A DNA stretch of 64,000 bases from Flavobacteriales bacterium (GCA_027039975.1 JALWFE010000096.1:14788-78787), one strand, 5' to 3'; positions 8,146 to 17,816 are shown, counted from the stretch's first letter. A program made the numbers and translations. The notes: generated by a model from the letters alone, not told the origin.

Positions 8146-9771
8146 ATGAAAAAGTTTTTCAATCTAGTTTTTTTAGTGATTTCTTTGAGTGTTACGGCAC
8201 AAAATCCGTATTTTGAGATTAGCAAGCAAATGGAAATTTTAAACGATGTACTCAAAAAATTGGCGACCAATTATATAGACGATATCAATATTGGTGATTT
8301 GATGCAAAAAAATACCAAACGTATGCTCAACGGTTTGGACCGTTTTACCACTTTTTATGACGAACAAGGGATTTTGAACCAGAAAATGCGTCAAGAAGGA
8401 CATTTTGGCGGTTTGGGAGTTAGGGTACATTATAAGGACAGTTTGATATTGGTAACAGACGTTTTTAAAGATACGCCTGCGGCTGAAAAACTCAAAACCG
8501 GTGATGAGATTTGGGCAATAGACGGTAAAAAAGTATCCGAACTGTCGAGTAAAGTCGCGTCCAACCTTCTCAAGGGAGCGGCGGGTAGTGAGGTGGCATT
8601 GGACGTTAAACGCAACGGTAAAATGTTGCATCTCAAAATCAAAAGAGCAGATATCAAACTCGATGCCGTTACCGGTACTTATCTCGATGGTGATATAGGT
8701 TATATCCGTTTTGTCAAGTTTAACAAACTGGCGGCAAAACAGGTCAAAAAAGCATTGCTCGATTTGAAAAGCAAAGGTGCTAAAAAAATAATTATCGATG
8801 TGCGTGGTAATCCCGGCGGGTTATTGAACGAAGTCATCAAAATCGTTAATTTCTTTATTCCGAAAGGCAAAGTCGTGGTGACGACCAAAGGACGTTTTGA
8901 TAAATTTAACAAAACTTACAGCACCCGTAATCCGTCTGTCGATGAGGAAATTCCTTTGGTGATTTTGGTCGATAATCATTCGGCATCAGCATCGGAAATT
9001 TTGTCGGGAAGTTTGCAAGATTACGACCGTGCCGTCATTGTTGGAGATACAACTTACGGTAAAGGTTTGGTACAACGCACCTACAAGCTCAAATACGGTA
9101 CTTATATGAAACAAACCATTTCGAAATATTATATTCCTTCGGGGCGTTTGATACAAAAAATAGATTATTGGCATCGCGACAAAAACGGTAAACCTACTTT
9201 GATGCGGGATAATGTTAAAGAAAAAGAATTCAAAACCACTAACGGCAGAATTGTTCATAATTTGGGCGGTATTGTGCCGGATATCGAACTGAAAACCGAC
9301 ATCAACGAATCACTTATCAAAGACCTGAAAAACAAAGGTATTTTGTTCGACTATGCCACGTGGTATTATTATAACCGTCCGCAACCCGCTAAGCCGGAAG
9401 ATTTTAAACTGACGGACAAAGATTTTGAACGGCTGTTGCAATTTATGGAAGAGAACAACCGGTATCCCGAAAGTGATGCTGAAAAAATATTGGCAAAAGC
9501 CCGGAAAAAAGCAGAAAAAGAACATCAGGACGCTTCGGTTATCAAAATGTATGATGTGTTAAAAAAATCATATAAAACACAGAATATCAATTTATTAAAA
9601 AAACACAAGGATTATATATTATCCGAATTGTCCAAGGACTTAATCAAACGGTATTTTCAAAAGGACGCTTTGATAGAATACAATGTCAAACACGATGCGG
9701 TGATTTTAAAAGCAAAAGAAATTTTGAATAACCGGAATACGTATGATAGGATATTGAGGAATGAGGAGTGA
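8146..9771 (+). CDS. S41 family C-terminal processing peptidase
   Basis: Signal peptide, PDZ-like segment (GDEIWAIDGKKV) and S41 catalytic region (GNPGGLL ... VLVDNHSASASEI ... GKGLVQ). The last six codons plus the stop lie inside the word-array repeat. Confidence 0.88.
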   Translation: MKKFFNLVFLVISLSVTAQNPYFEISKQMEILNDVLKKLATNYIDDINIGDLMQKNTKRMLNGLDRFTTFYDEQGILNQKMRQEGHFGGLGVRVHYKDSLILVTDVFKDTPAAEKLKTGDEIWAIDGKKVSELSSKVASNLLKGAAGSEVALDVKRNGKMLHLKIKRADIKLDAVTGTYLDGDIGYIRFVKFNKLAAKQVKKALLDLKSKGAKKIIIDVRGNPGGLLNEVIKIVNFFIPKGKVVVTTKGRFDKFNKTYSTRNPSVDEEIPLVILVDNHSASASEILSGSLQDYDRAVIVGDTTYGKGLVQRTYKLKYGTYMKQTISKYYIPSGRLIQKIDYWHRDKNGKPTLMRDNVKEKEFKTTNGRIVHNLGGIVPDIELKTDINESLIKDLKNKGILFDYATWYYYNRPQPAKPEDFKLTDKDFERLLQFMEENNRYPESDAEKILAKARKKAEKEHQDASVIKMYDVLKKSYKTQNINLLKKHKDYILSELSKDLIKRYFQKDALIEYNVKHDAVILKAKEILNNRNTYDRILRNEE

Positions 9772-9965
9772 GGAATTGAGGAAATGAGGATTTTTTAACC
9801 ACATAAGACACATAAGATTTTCGATTTCAGATTTTCAATTCGGTCACTAAGCTTGTCGAAGTGTCAGATTTACGATTTTATTAAGCCCTGTTAGGGGCGA
9901 CCTGTTAGTAGTAGATATATAATGAAAAACATTAAGTCCCGACGTCCGTCGGGGGCGATATCTTG
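9753..9965. repeat. Composite intergenic repeat (word arrays plus small GC-rich hairpins)
   Basis: attgaggaatgaggagtgaggaattgaggaaatgagga, then cacataagacacataaga, attttcgatttcagattttcaattcgg, gccctgttaggggc and the hairpin cccgacg-tc-cgtcggg. Confidence 0.85.
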
Positions 9966-9999
9966 GCAAATTCAAATAAATAATAATATCTTTTATGGT

Positions 10000-10731
10000 A
10001 TGAAAAAAAATTTTATTTACGGTTTACATCCTGTAATGGAAGCTGTTAAGTCTGGGAAGCAAATAGATAAAATATTCGTTCAAAATAATTTAAAGGGACA
10101 GGCATCTCAAAATTTGTTGGCATTATTAAGAGAACACCATATTCCTTATAAAATTGTGCCGGTTGAAAAGCTCAATAAAATGACCCGTGACAATCATCAA
10201 GGTGTTGTGGCTTTTATATCTCCGGTAAAATTTGCATCGTTGGATGAAATTTTGGAAAAGACAACAGGTAAACCGGTCACATTTATTTTACTCGACGGAA
10301 TTACCGATCCGAGAAATTTCGGGGCTATCGTCCGGACAGCTGTAGCCGTTGATGCCACCGGGATTGTTTTTTCTGAAAACAACAGTGCACCCGTCAATGA
10401 AGATGCGGTTAAAACTTCCGCCGGCGGTATCTTCAAAATTCCTTTAATTAAAGTCAAACATCTCAAAGATGCCATATTTTTGTTACAAGCTTACGGCATT
10501 AAAGTTTATGCTGCGACCGAAAAAGCGCAACAATTGGTTTACGATACGAATTTAAAAACGGATGTTGCAGTTATTATGGGTAGCGAAGGCAAAGGCATTC
10601 ATAAAAGTTTGCTGGCATTGAGCGACGAAAGTATCAAATTACCGGTGCCGGGAGAGATAGATTCTTTAAATGTATCCGTAGCCTGTGGTGTTATTTTGTA
10701 TGAAATTGTCCGGCAACAGTTATATTTATAA
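10000..10731 (+). CDS. rlmB: 23S rRNA (guanosine-2'-O)-methyltransferase RlmB (SpoU/TrmH family)
   Basis: IYGLHPVMEAV N-terminal substrate-binding domain and SPOUT motifs (LDGITDPRNFGAIVRTA, VIMGSEGKGI, LNVSVACGVILYE). ATG at 10000. The ORF-track start at 9922 would translate repeat DNA. Confidence 0.88.
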   Translation: MKKNFIYGLHPVMEAVKSGKQIDKIFVQNNLKGQASQNLLALLREHHIPYKIVPVEKLNKMTRDNHQGVVAFISPVKFASLDEILEKTTGKPVTFILLDGITDPRNFGAIVRTAVAVDATGIVFSENNSAPVNEDAVKTSAGGIFKIPLIKVKHLKDAIFLLQAYGIKVYAATEKAQQLVYDTNLKTDVAVIMGSEGKGIHKSLLALSDESIKLPVPGEIDSLNVSVACGVILYEIVRQQLYL

Positions 10732-10739
10732 AAAAATTG

Positions 10740-10747
10740 TATATTTG
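10740..10747 (+). promoter_or_regulatory. Bacteroidota sigma-A -7 box (TAnnTTTG) upstream of rplU
   Basis: TATATTTG, 30 nt upstream of the rplU ATG. Confidence 0.45.
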
Positions 10748-10776
10748 CAAACTTGAAAAATAAAAATAACAGAATT

Positions 10777-11496
10777 ATGTATGCAATTGTAGAGATAGCA
10801 GGGCAGCAATTTAAAGTGCAAAAAGACCAAAAGGTTTTTGTTCACCGTTTACAAGGAGCGGAAGGAGACGTAGTCAATTTTGACCGTGTTTTATTGCTCG
10901 ACAACGACGGACAAATAACCATAGGCGCCCCGGTTATTGAAGGAGCGGTCGTAACGGCAAAAATCCTTCGTCATTTGAAAGGCGATAAAGTTATCGTATT
11001 TAAGAAGAAACGCCGTAAAGGTTATAGAAAGAAAAACGGTCACCGTCAATATTTGACGGAAATTGTTGTGGAAGAAGTTGTAGCATCAGGTTTTAAACCC
11101 GCCGAAAAAAAAGCGGAAAAAGTAGAAAAAAAACCTGAAAAACCGGCTAAAAAAGCAAAAGCGGTAAAACCGGAAGTTAAAGAAGAAAAGAAAACGGCTA
11201 AAAAACCTGTGGCTAAAAAAACCACTAAAAAAACCGCCAAACCGGACGATTTGAAAAAAATTGAAGGTATCGGACCGAAAATCGCTTCTATTTTGGCAGA
11301 AGCCGGTTATGATACGTTTGAAAAATTATCCAAAGCCGATCCTGAAAAGATTCGTGAAATTCTTTTGGAAAAAGGCGGTAAACGATATGCTATGCATGAC
11401 CCGGCCACTTGGCCTAAACAAGCCGAATTAGCGGCTGCAGGTAAGTGGGACGAATTGAAAAAATGGCAAGATGAACTGGACGGCGGTCGTTCGTAA
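10777..11496 (+). CDS. rplU: 50S ribosomal protein L21 with a ~135-aa C-terminal extension (Lys/Ala/Pro-rich linker plus helix-hairpin-helix-like domain)
   Basis: [14 protein letters not shown]... is a canonical L21 core (~100 aa). It is followed by [29 protein letters not shown]... and [28 protein letters not shown]. Confidence 0.9.
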   Translation: MYAIVEIAGQQFKVQKDQKVFVHRLQGAEGDVVNFDRVLLLDNDGQITIGAPVIEGAVVTAKILRHLKGDKVIVFKKKRRKGYRKKNGHRQYLTEIVVEEVVASGFKPAEKKAEKVEKKPEKPAKKAKAVKPEVKEEKKTAKKPVAKKTTKKTAKPDDLKKIEGIGPKIASILAEAGYDTFEKLSKADPEKIREILLEKGGKRYAMHDPATWPKQAELAAAGKWDELKKWQDELDGGRS

Positions 11497-11537
11497 CAAT
11501 TTTTTTATTAATTTTGTAACCACTAAAATTTAATATT

Positions 11538-11798
11538 ATGGCTCATAAGAAAGGTGTAGGTAGTTCTAAAAACGGTAGAGAATCGGAAAGTAAACGTTTA
11601 GGTGTTAAAATCTTCGGTGGTCAAACTGCCGTAGCAGGTAACATTATCGTAAGACAAAGAGGCACGAAACATCATCCCGGAAAAAATACTTTCATGGGAA
11701 AAGATCATACGATACATGCCGCTATTGACGGTATTGTAAAATTTGAAAAGAAAAAAGGCGGAAAATCTTATGTTTCCGTCATACCGGTAGAAGCTTAA
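11538..11798 (+). CDS. rpmA: 50S ribosomal protein L27
   Basis: [24 protein letters not shown]... is a canonical L27 N-terminus; 86 aa. Confidence 0.97.
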   Translation: MAHKKGVGSSKNGRESESKRLGVKIFGGQTAVAGNIIVRQRGTKHHPGKNTFMGKDHTIHAAIDGIVKFEKKKGGKSYVSVIPVEA

Positions 11799-11828
11799 AA
11801 ATTGTTTTACAAAAAAAAAAATGATAGG

Positions 11829-11854
11829 GGCTGTCTTTTAAGGCAGCCTTTTTT
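11829..11854 (+). terminator. Rho-independent terminator after rpmA
   Basis: ggctgtc-ttttaa-ggcagcc (7-bp stem with one G-U pair) followed by tttttt. Confidence 0.6.
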
Positions 11855-11869
11855 AATTTTGTAAATTTA

Positions 11870-11877
11870 TATCTTTG
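11870..11877 (+). promoter_or_regulatory. -7 box (TAnnTTTG) upstream of gpsA
   Basis: TATCTTTG, 22 nt upstream of the ATG at 11899. Confidence 0.4.
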
Positions 11878-11898
11878 CTAAATACAAACCAATCAACT

Positions 11899-12909
11899 AT
11901 GAAAAAAACAAAACATAAAGTTGCCGTATTGGGAAGCGGAAGCTGGGCAACGGCTATTGTTAAAATGTTGACGGAAAATCTCGATGAAGTCGGCTGGTAT
12001 GTCCGCAGTGCTTATACCAAAGAACATTTTAAGTTGCATCATCACAATCCCAAATATTTACAGCAGGTATTATTTAATCCGGAACAAATAAAAATTAGTA
12101 CTGATATCAATAAAATCGTATCATATGCCGATACCGTTATCATTGCCATTCCTTCGGCTTTCGTCAAAGCGGAATTGGATAAAATTACGGTAGATTTAAA
12201 AGGAAAAATTATCTTTTCGGCCGTCAAAGGGATTATTCCGGAGACCTTGTTGATATTAGGCGAACATTTGAAAAAATACCACGATATTTCCGAAAAAAAC
12301 CTGGGTGTGATTGCCGGTCCGTGTCATGCCGAAGAAGTGGCGATGGAACGTTTGTCTTATTTGACTATCGGGGCTAAGCGCAAATCCGTGGCCAAGCAAA
12401 TGTCTGATATGCTCGGTAGTTGGTTTATCAAAACGACTTATTCCAAAGACGTATTCGGTATTGAATGGGCGGCGGTTTTAAAAAACGTGTATGCCATAGC
12501 CGCAGGGATAGCACACGGTTTGGGATACGGTGATAATTTTCAGGCGGTTTTGATTTCCAATGCCATACGCGAAATGAAAAAATTTATCAAAAAAAATGTC
12601 GATAAACGCAAGCGGAATATCGATAATTCGGCCTATCTTGGTGATTTGTTGGTAACGGCTTATTCCATTTTCAGCCGTAACCGGACTTTCGGAAGTATGA
12701 TTGGAAAAGGTTATACGGTTCGCAGTGCTATGGCGGAAATGCGGATGGTTGCCGAAGGTTATTATGCGGCGGAATCGGCTTATAAAATCAATCAAGATAA
12801 AGGTGATAAAAAAGCTAAAACCCCTATTATCGATACGGTTTACAGAATATTATACCAAAATGCCCAGCCGAAAAATGAATTTGTTAAACTTTCCGAAAAA
12901 CTAAACTGA
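11899..12909 (+). CDS. gpsA: NAD(P)H-dependent glycerol-3-phosphate dehydrogenase
   Basis: VAVLGSGSWATAI dinucleotide-binding motif and GPCHAEEV. ATG at 11899 preferred over the TTG at 11875. Confidence 0.9.
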   Translation: MKKTKHKVAVLGSGSWATAIVKMLTENLDEVGWYVRSAYTKEHFKLHHHNPKYLQQVLFNPEQIKISTDINKIVSYADTVIIAIPSAFVKAELDKITVDLKGKIIFSAVKGIIPETLLILGEHLKKYHDISEKNLGVIAGPCHAEEVAMERLSYLTIGAKRKSVAKQMSDMLGSWFIKTTYSKDVFGIEWAAVLKNVYAIAAGIAHGLGYGDNFQAVLISNAIREMKKFIKKNVDKRKRNIDNSAYLGDLLVTAYSIFSRNRTFGSMIGKGYTVRSAMAEMRMVAEGYYAAESAYKINQDKGDKKAKTPIIDTVYRILYQNAQPKNEFVKLSEKLN

Positions 12910-13355
12910 TGATACAACCTTTTGATGATGCTTATTTTATGCGAAAGGCTTTACAAGAAGCCGAACTGGCTTTGGAAAAAGGTGAAATTCCCGTAGGGGC
13001 GGTTATCGTTTGTAACGGTTATATCGTTGCCAAAGGACATAATCAAGTGGAAACTTTAAACGACCCGACTGCACATGCCGAAATGCTGGCTTTTACGGCG
13101 GCGACCAATTTTCTGGGGAGTAAATACTTGAAAGACTGTACACTTTATGTCACTTTGGAACCTTGCCAAATGTGTGCCGGAGCGGCATTTTGGACGCAGA
13201 TAGGCAAAATAGTTTTCGGTGCAAGTGACGAACAACGCGGTTATCAGCATTGGCAGTGCCGGGTTCATCCTAAAACCGAAGTAACCGGAGGGGTGCTTGC
13301 GGAAGAAAGCGAAGCCATTCTCAAAAAATTTTTTGAACAAATGAGAAAAAAATAA
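12909..13355 (+). CDS. tadA: tRNA adenosine(34) deaminase
   Basis: CMP/dCMP-type zinc deaminase motifs HAEM and PCQMCAGA, 148 aa. Start overlaps the gpsA stop (TGATG). Confidence 0.9.
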   Translation: MIQPFDDAYFMRKALQEAELALEKGEIPVGAVIVCNGYIVAKGHNQVETLNDPTAHAEMLAFTAATNFLGSKYLKDCTLYVTLEPCQMCAGAAFWTQIGKIVFGASDEQRGYQHWQCRVHPKTEVTGGVLAEESEAILKKFFEQMRKK

Positions 13356-13357
13356 AA

Positions 13358-13382
13358 AAGCCGGCGATTTTGCCGGCTTTTA
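13358..13382. terminator. Bidirectional rho-independent terminator between tadA (+) and the S8 peptidase gene (-)
   Basis: aagccggc-gatttt-gccggctt (8-bp GC-rich stem) flanked by an A-run upstream and a T-run downstream. Confidence 0.75.
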
Positions 13383-13400
13383 AATGAAAAATTTTTGATT

Positions 13401-15140
13401 TTATTTTTTCTCTTGATTTTCCTGATTCTCTTGTTTTCCTTGTTTTTGTTTTGAAAGTTCGTCAGCTAACAAAATTGCATTGTAAACATTGACCATTTTT
13501 CCTGATTTACTCAAAGAATTGAACAAAACCAAGTGCGGGTCACCTTCATAATCGTCTTCTTCGGGTCTGATGACTCTGATTTGCGGTGATAAACCGGAAT
13601 CCATAATGATATGTTTTACTTCGGAAGCGGATAATTCCGGAAAACGGGAACGGATTAAAGCGGCAACACCGGCAACATTGGGTGAAGCCATTGATGTACC
13701 TTGTAAAAATTTATAGTCACTAAACGGTACTGTGGCGTAAATTTTCATTCCGGGAGAGAAAATATCCACGGTTTTTTTACCGTAATTACTAAACGGTGCT
13801 ACCATATCGGCCCCATAATTGGGTCCGATAGCACCTACATTCAAGAAGTTGTCGGAAATTTCAGTACCGGGAGTATCACCGTCATTAGGATAAGAAATTT
13901 TTTCGCCATATTCATCCATATCTTTACCGTCATTACCGGCGGCATTGACAATCAATACATCGTGGTCGGCGGCATATTTGATGGCATCCCAAACCCAGTC
14001 TTTGTGGGGGCTGTAATATTTACCGAAACTTGTATTAATCACTTTGGCACCGTTATCAACGGCATATCTGAACGCCAAAGCGATATCTTTGTCGTATTCG
14101 TCACCATCTGGAACCGCTCTGACAGGCATAATCAAAACGTGGTCGGCAACACCATCACCACCGATGCCGTTATGTCTGATTTGAGCTATAATTCCGGCTA
14201 CATGAGTACCATGTAATTCGTCTTCTTCGGGTGGAATAACATTGTTATTACCATAGTTTCTGTCATTGATATTATCAGGATCGTCGCCTTGGATACGGCC
14301 GTTGAAGTTGATATTCAAATTATATTTTTCTTGTGTTTCTACATATTTTTTAAAACGTTTTAAACGTTCAGGTGTTAAACCGGACAGATACATTTGTTTG
14401 GCTTGTTTGACCATAGGATCATCAGATTGCAAATTTTCAACGGCTTCTTTGGTCAATTTGTCGGTGCCTAAGGCTTCTTTAAGCGTTTTAACGGCATTAT
14501 CGGCCATAAATTTTAAACGTTGGTATCTGGCTTTTAATTTGTCTAACTCATCCAATTTCTTAGTCAATTCTTTTTCGGCGCGTTTATACAGTTTGTACAT
14601 TTCGTGGTCCTCCGGTCCTATACTGTCGATAGGCAAATCTTTCCATTGTTCACGGTATTTGGCAACAAGGCGGGTCAATTCCAATTGTTCGGGTCCGGCC
14701 ATTTTGCCGTCGGTAGCTCCCAAAAAATTCCAACCGTGTACATCATCTACATAACCATTGCCGTCGTCATCAATACCGTTACCGGGAATTTCACCTTTAT
14801 TGGTCCAAATGATATCTTTTAAATCGGGGTGATTGATATCAATACCGGCATCCACTACGGCAACTATAACTGTTGTTGCGGGCTTGTTTTTGAGTAACTC
14901 TTGATAAGCTTTTTCGGTGCTCATACCCGGCATATGACTGTCAAACGGGTTGGTATGTTGCCAGTTTTTTAAATCGTCATCACTAAAAAGCGATACAAAT
15001 TGTTGCGGTAAAGGTTCAGGTGTTTTAACTTCCGTTCCTTCTGTTTTGGTGTCTTTTTGAACTGTTTTTTGGGTAGATCCACAGCTTGCCAGCAATAAAA
15101 CGGCAATCACAGTCAGACTTAGTAATCTTAATTTATTCAT
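13401..15140 (-). CDS. S8 family (subtilisin-like) serine peptidase, lipoprotein
   Basis: Lipobox LLASC. Catalytic triad motifs VAVVDAGID (Asp97), HGTHVAG (His310), GTSMASP (Ser). DDDGNGYVDD calcium-site-like motif. Confidence 0.9.
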   Translation of the reverse strand: MNKLRLLSLTVIAVLLLASCGSTQKTVQKDTKTEGTEVKTPEPLPQQFVSLFSDDDLKNWQHTNPFDSHMPGMSTEKAYQELLKNKPATTVIVAVVDAGIDINHPDLKDIIWTNKGEIPGNGIDDDGNGYVDDVHGWNFLGATDGKMAGPEQLELTRLVAKYREQWKDLPIDSIGPEDHEMYKLYKRAEKELTKKLDELDKLKARYQRLKFMADNAVKTLKEALGTDKLTKEAVENLQSDDPMVKQAKQMYLSGLTPERLKRFKKYVETQEKYNLNINFNGRIQGDDPDNINDRNYGNNNVIPPEEDELHGTHVAGIIAQIRHNGIGGDGVADHVLIMPVRAVPDGDEYDKDIALAFRYAVDNGAKVINTSFGKYYSPHKDWVWDAIKYAADHDVLIVNAAGNDGKDMDEYGEKISYPNDGDTPGTEISDNFLNVGAIGPNYGADMVAPFSNYGKKTVDIFSPGMKIYATVPFSDYKFLQGTSMASPNVAGVAALIRSRFPELSASEVKHIIMDSGLSPQIRVIRPEEDDYEGDPHLVLFNSLSKSGKMVNVYNAILLADELSKQKQGKQENQENQEKK

Positions 15141-15151
15141 TTTATTTTGTT

Positions 15152-16015
15152 TTAATCGTTAATAATTTCTTCAAATTTAAAAATTTTATCCAAACGAACG
15201 CCTTTTTCGGTGTGTTTTAAGGTACAAATTTCATGATAAGGGTCGTGTTCCAGAAATAATAACCATTTTTCATCGGCGGCCTGTCCGAAAATTTCCTGTC
15301 TTTCTTCCATAGTAATCAAAGGTCTTGTGTCATAAGCCATCACATAAGGCAAAGGGATGTGTCCGGTAGTCGGCAGTAAATCAGCCATATACACTATTTT
15401 ATGACCTTTGTATTCTATTACGGGTAGCATTTGTTTTTCGGTATGACCGTCCACAAACAAAACATCAAAATTCAAGTCAAGGGATTTGGTTATACGGCCT
15501 TTTTCAGGTGTTTTAATGAAATTTAATTGACCGCTTTCTTGAATAGGCAAAATATTTTCGGGTAAAAAACTGGCTTTTTCACGCGGATTGGGATGAACCG
15601 CCCAGTTCCAATGTTTTTCGTTGCTCCAAAAACGGGCATTTTTAAAAGCCGGTTCGTAATAACCTTTTTCATTTTTAACAATAGAGCCGCCGCAATGGTC
15701 AAAATGCAGGTGTGTCATAAAAACATCGGTTATATCATCACGATGAAAACCGTATTTTTTTAACGTTTCATCAAAAGAATTCCGCTTGGAGGGTTTGTAA
15801 TAACTGAAAAATTTTTCGGATTGTTTGTTGCCTAATCCCGTGTCTATTAATATTAAACGGTTACCGTCTTCGATAAGTAAGCTCCGGGTTGTCATTTCTA
15901 TCAAATTGTCTTCATCAGCCGGATTGGTGCGTTGCCAAAGGACCTTGGGCACGACACCGAACATGGCACCGCCGTCCAATTTAAAATCACCGTGTGAAAT
16001 AGGATATAGTTTCAT
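15152..16015 (-). CDS. MBL-fold metallo-hydrolase
   Basis: HLHFDHCGG zinc-binding motif; 287 aa. Confidence 0.85.
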   Translation of the reverse strand: MKLYPISHGDFKLDGGAMFGVVPKVLWQRTNPADEDNLIEMTTRSLLIEDGNRLILIDTGLGNKQSEKFFSYYKPSKRNSFDETLKKYGFHRDDITDVFMTHLHFDHCGGSIVKNEKGYYEPAFKNARFWSNEKHWNWAVHPNPREKASFLPENILPIQESGQLNFIKTPEKGRITKSLDLNFDVLFVDGHTEKQMLPVIEYKGHKIVYMADLLPTTGHIPLPYVMAYDTRPLITMEERQEIFGQAADEKWLLFLEHDPYHEICTLKHTEKGVRLDKIFKFEEIIND

Positions 16016-16120
16016 TTTGTTTTAAATTTGACACGAATATACGTATTTTTGAGGAAAGGAAAAATATAGTTTGTAACCTTATGCTAATATTAACCGGAAA
16101 GTATCAAACCGTAAAGGAAA

Positions 16121-16759
16121 TTAGGATAATATCTCAAATTTATATCTTTCTTTTTTAAGATAACTGATATAATCCGGTAAAATGGTTTTGAGATTTTCAA
16201 AGGCTTTACAGCTGTCGTGAAAAACGATAATATCACCCGGACGGGTATGTTTTTTTAAATATGTAAGAGCTTTGCCGGTATCCAAATTATTTGAAAAATC
16301 ACCGGTAAGCACCGACCACATAATGATTTTGTAACCGGCATGTTTCAATAATTTTACTTGTGCGGGCGTAATCCGTCCGTAAGGTGGTCTGAACAGTTTT
16401 GACGGTGTTGTATATTGTGCTATCAGTTTTTCCGTATGATCTATACTTTTTTTATAAGCTTCCGCCGGTGTTCGCCAGCCGTTTTCGTGCCGGAATGTGT
16501 GATTGCCAATCCGGTGTCCGTCTGTGATAATCCGCTTAAAAATATCCGGATGTTTTTCAATTTGATTTCCGACACAAAAAAATGTCGCTTTGATTTGTTC
16601 CCGTTTCAATACGTCTAAAACCCAAGGTGTGACATCCGGAAAAGGTCCGTCGTCAAAAGTTATAAAAATCCGGTTTTCTTCAACGGAATAACGGTAAATC
16701 AGTTTACGGAAAAACCATTTGACCCAAAACGGCATCGAGGAAGGATACAAACGAATCAT
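16121..16759 (-). CDS. polysaccharide deacetylase (NodB homology) family protein
   Basis: FDDGP motif, HTFRH and RPPYG motifs of CE4 deacetylases. Confidence 0.8.
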   Translation of the reverse strand: MIRLYPSSMPFWVKWFFRKLIYRYSVEENRIFITFDDGPFPDVTPWVLDVLKREQIKATFFCVGNQIEKHPDIFKRIITDGHRIGNHTFRHENGWRTPAEAYKKSIDHTEKLIAQYTTPSKLFRPPYGRITPAQVKLLKHAGYKIIMWSVLTGDFSNNLDTGKALTYLKKHTRPGDIIVFHDSCKAFENLKTILPDYISYLKKERYKFEILS

Positions 16760-17748
16760 TTTTTAAAAAATTTCCGGTATTGTTCTGTCAAATTTTGAAT
16801 ACTTGCTTCAAAAGGAATAAAGCGGTAATCCAATTCGTCTATAATTTTTTGTGACGAATAATGCGGATGTTGAAACAAAGTGTTTAATAAAGCTCTTGAA
16901 GTAATGCCACGACCTGTCAACCGTCCCGCCCAATAGACAATTTCGGCGGCAAACCGCGGGAGTTTGTATTTTGGCGGTTGTTTTCCGGTAGCTTTGGCAA
17001 TGGCAGTCAATAATTCCTTATACGATTTGTCATATCCCGACACGATAAACGATTGATTGGTTATATCCCTTTTCATCAATTCATACATAATTTTGACGAC
17101 ATCCCACACATCGACAAAACCGTTGCCGCCGGGCGGATAAAATCGCATACCTTTATGGATTTTTTGAATGATTTTACCAATACCGTTATCCCAAAAATAT
17201 GCGCCCAAAATCACCGACGGATTGATAATCACAACCGGCACTCCTTCTTGTCCGGCACGCCAAACTTCCATTTCGCTCAAATATTTGCTGACAGCATAAT
17301 CGCTGTGTTTTTCTTTCCAGTTCCAATGTGTCCGTTCCGTTACCGGATTGTCATAGGTTCCCAGTGCGGCAATAGAGCTAACGTGTAAAAATTTTTTGAT
17401 TTTATGTTCAATCGATAAATGCAACAAATTAGCCGTGCCTTCCACATTGGTTTGCATCAAAATTTCCTTGTCTCCCGGTTTAAAAGAGACTTTTGCGGCT
17501 GTATGATAAATTCCAGTAACACCTTCAAAAACAGGTTCCAGAGAGGTGATGTCGGTAATATCGGCTTGTATCCAATCGATTTGTTGCCACAGTTTATCCG
17601 GTTCGGCACTGTAATACCGGAACAGGTTTTTGGTTTTATTTAAACTTTGCGGGCTTCTGTATATAGCTCTGACAGTCTCGCCTTTACGAGTCAGATAAAG
17701 CAAAAGATGAGAACCGGTTAATCCGGTGCCGCCGGTGACTAAGATCAT
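16756..17748 (-). CDS. NAD-dependent epimerase/dehydratase (extended SDR) family protein
   Basis: ILVTGGTGLTGSHL Rossmann motif and YAVSK catalytic motif. 4-nt overlap with the downstream deacetylase gene. Confidence 0.8.
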   Translation of the reverse strand: MILVTGGTGLTGSHLLLYLTRKGETVRAIYRSPQSLNKTKNLFRYYSAEPDKLWQQIDWIQADITDITSLEPVFEGVTGIYHTAAKVSFKPGDKEILMQTNVEGTANLLHLSIEHKIKKFLHVSSIAALGTYDNPVTERTHWNWKEKHSDYAVSKYLSEMEVWRAGQEGVPVVIINPSVILGAYFWDNGIGKIIQKIHKGMRFYPPGGNGFVDVWDVVKIMYELMKRDITNQSFIVSGYDKSYKELLTAIAKATGKQPPKYKLPRFAAEIVYWAGRLTGRGITSRALLNTLFQHPHYSSQKIIDELDYRFIPFEASIQNLTEQYRKFFKK

Positions 17749-17775
17749 AGCATTTGATTATAAAACGCAATATAC

Positions 17776-17804
17776 AAAAAAAGACTGCCAAAAATGACAG
17801 TCTT
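17776..17804 (-). terminator. Rho-independent terminator downstream of tRNA-Asp
   Basis: On the minus strand, aagactg-(10-nt loop)-cagtctt is followed by ttttt. Confidence 0.5.
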
Positions 17805-17816
17805 TAATTTTGTTAG

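Noticed and set aside
9922-9999. ORF-track N-terminal extensions and non-ATG starts. Examples: rlmB from 9922, folE from 5263, rplU from 10753, gpsA from 11875, and holB from 25286.
   Set aside because: In each case a downstream ATG gives the canonical family N-terminus, and the extension either translates repeat DNA or lacks conservation-like features.
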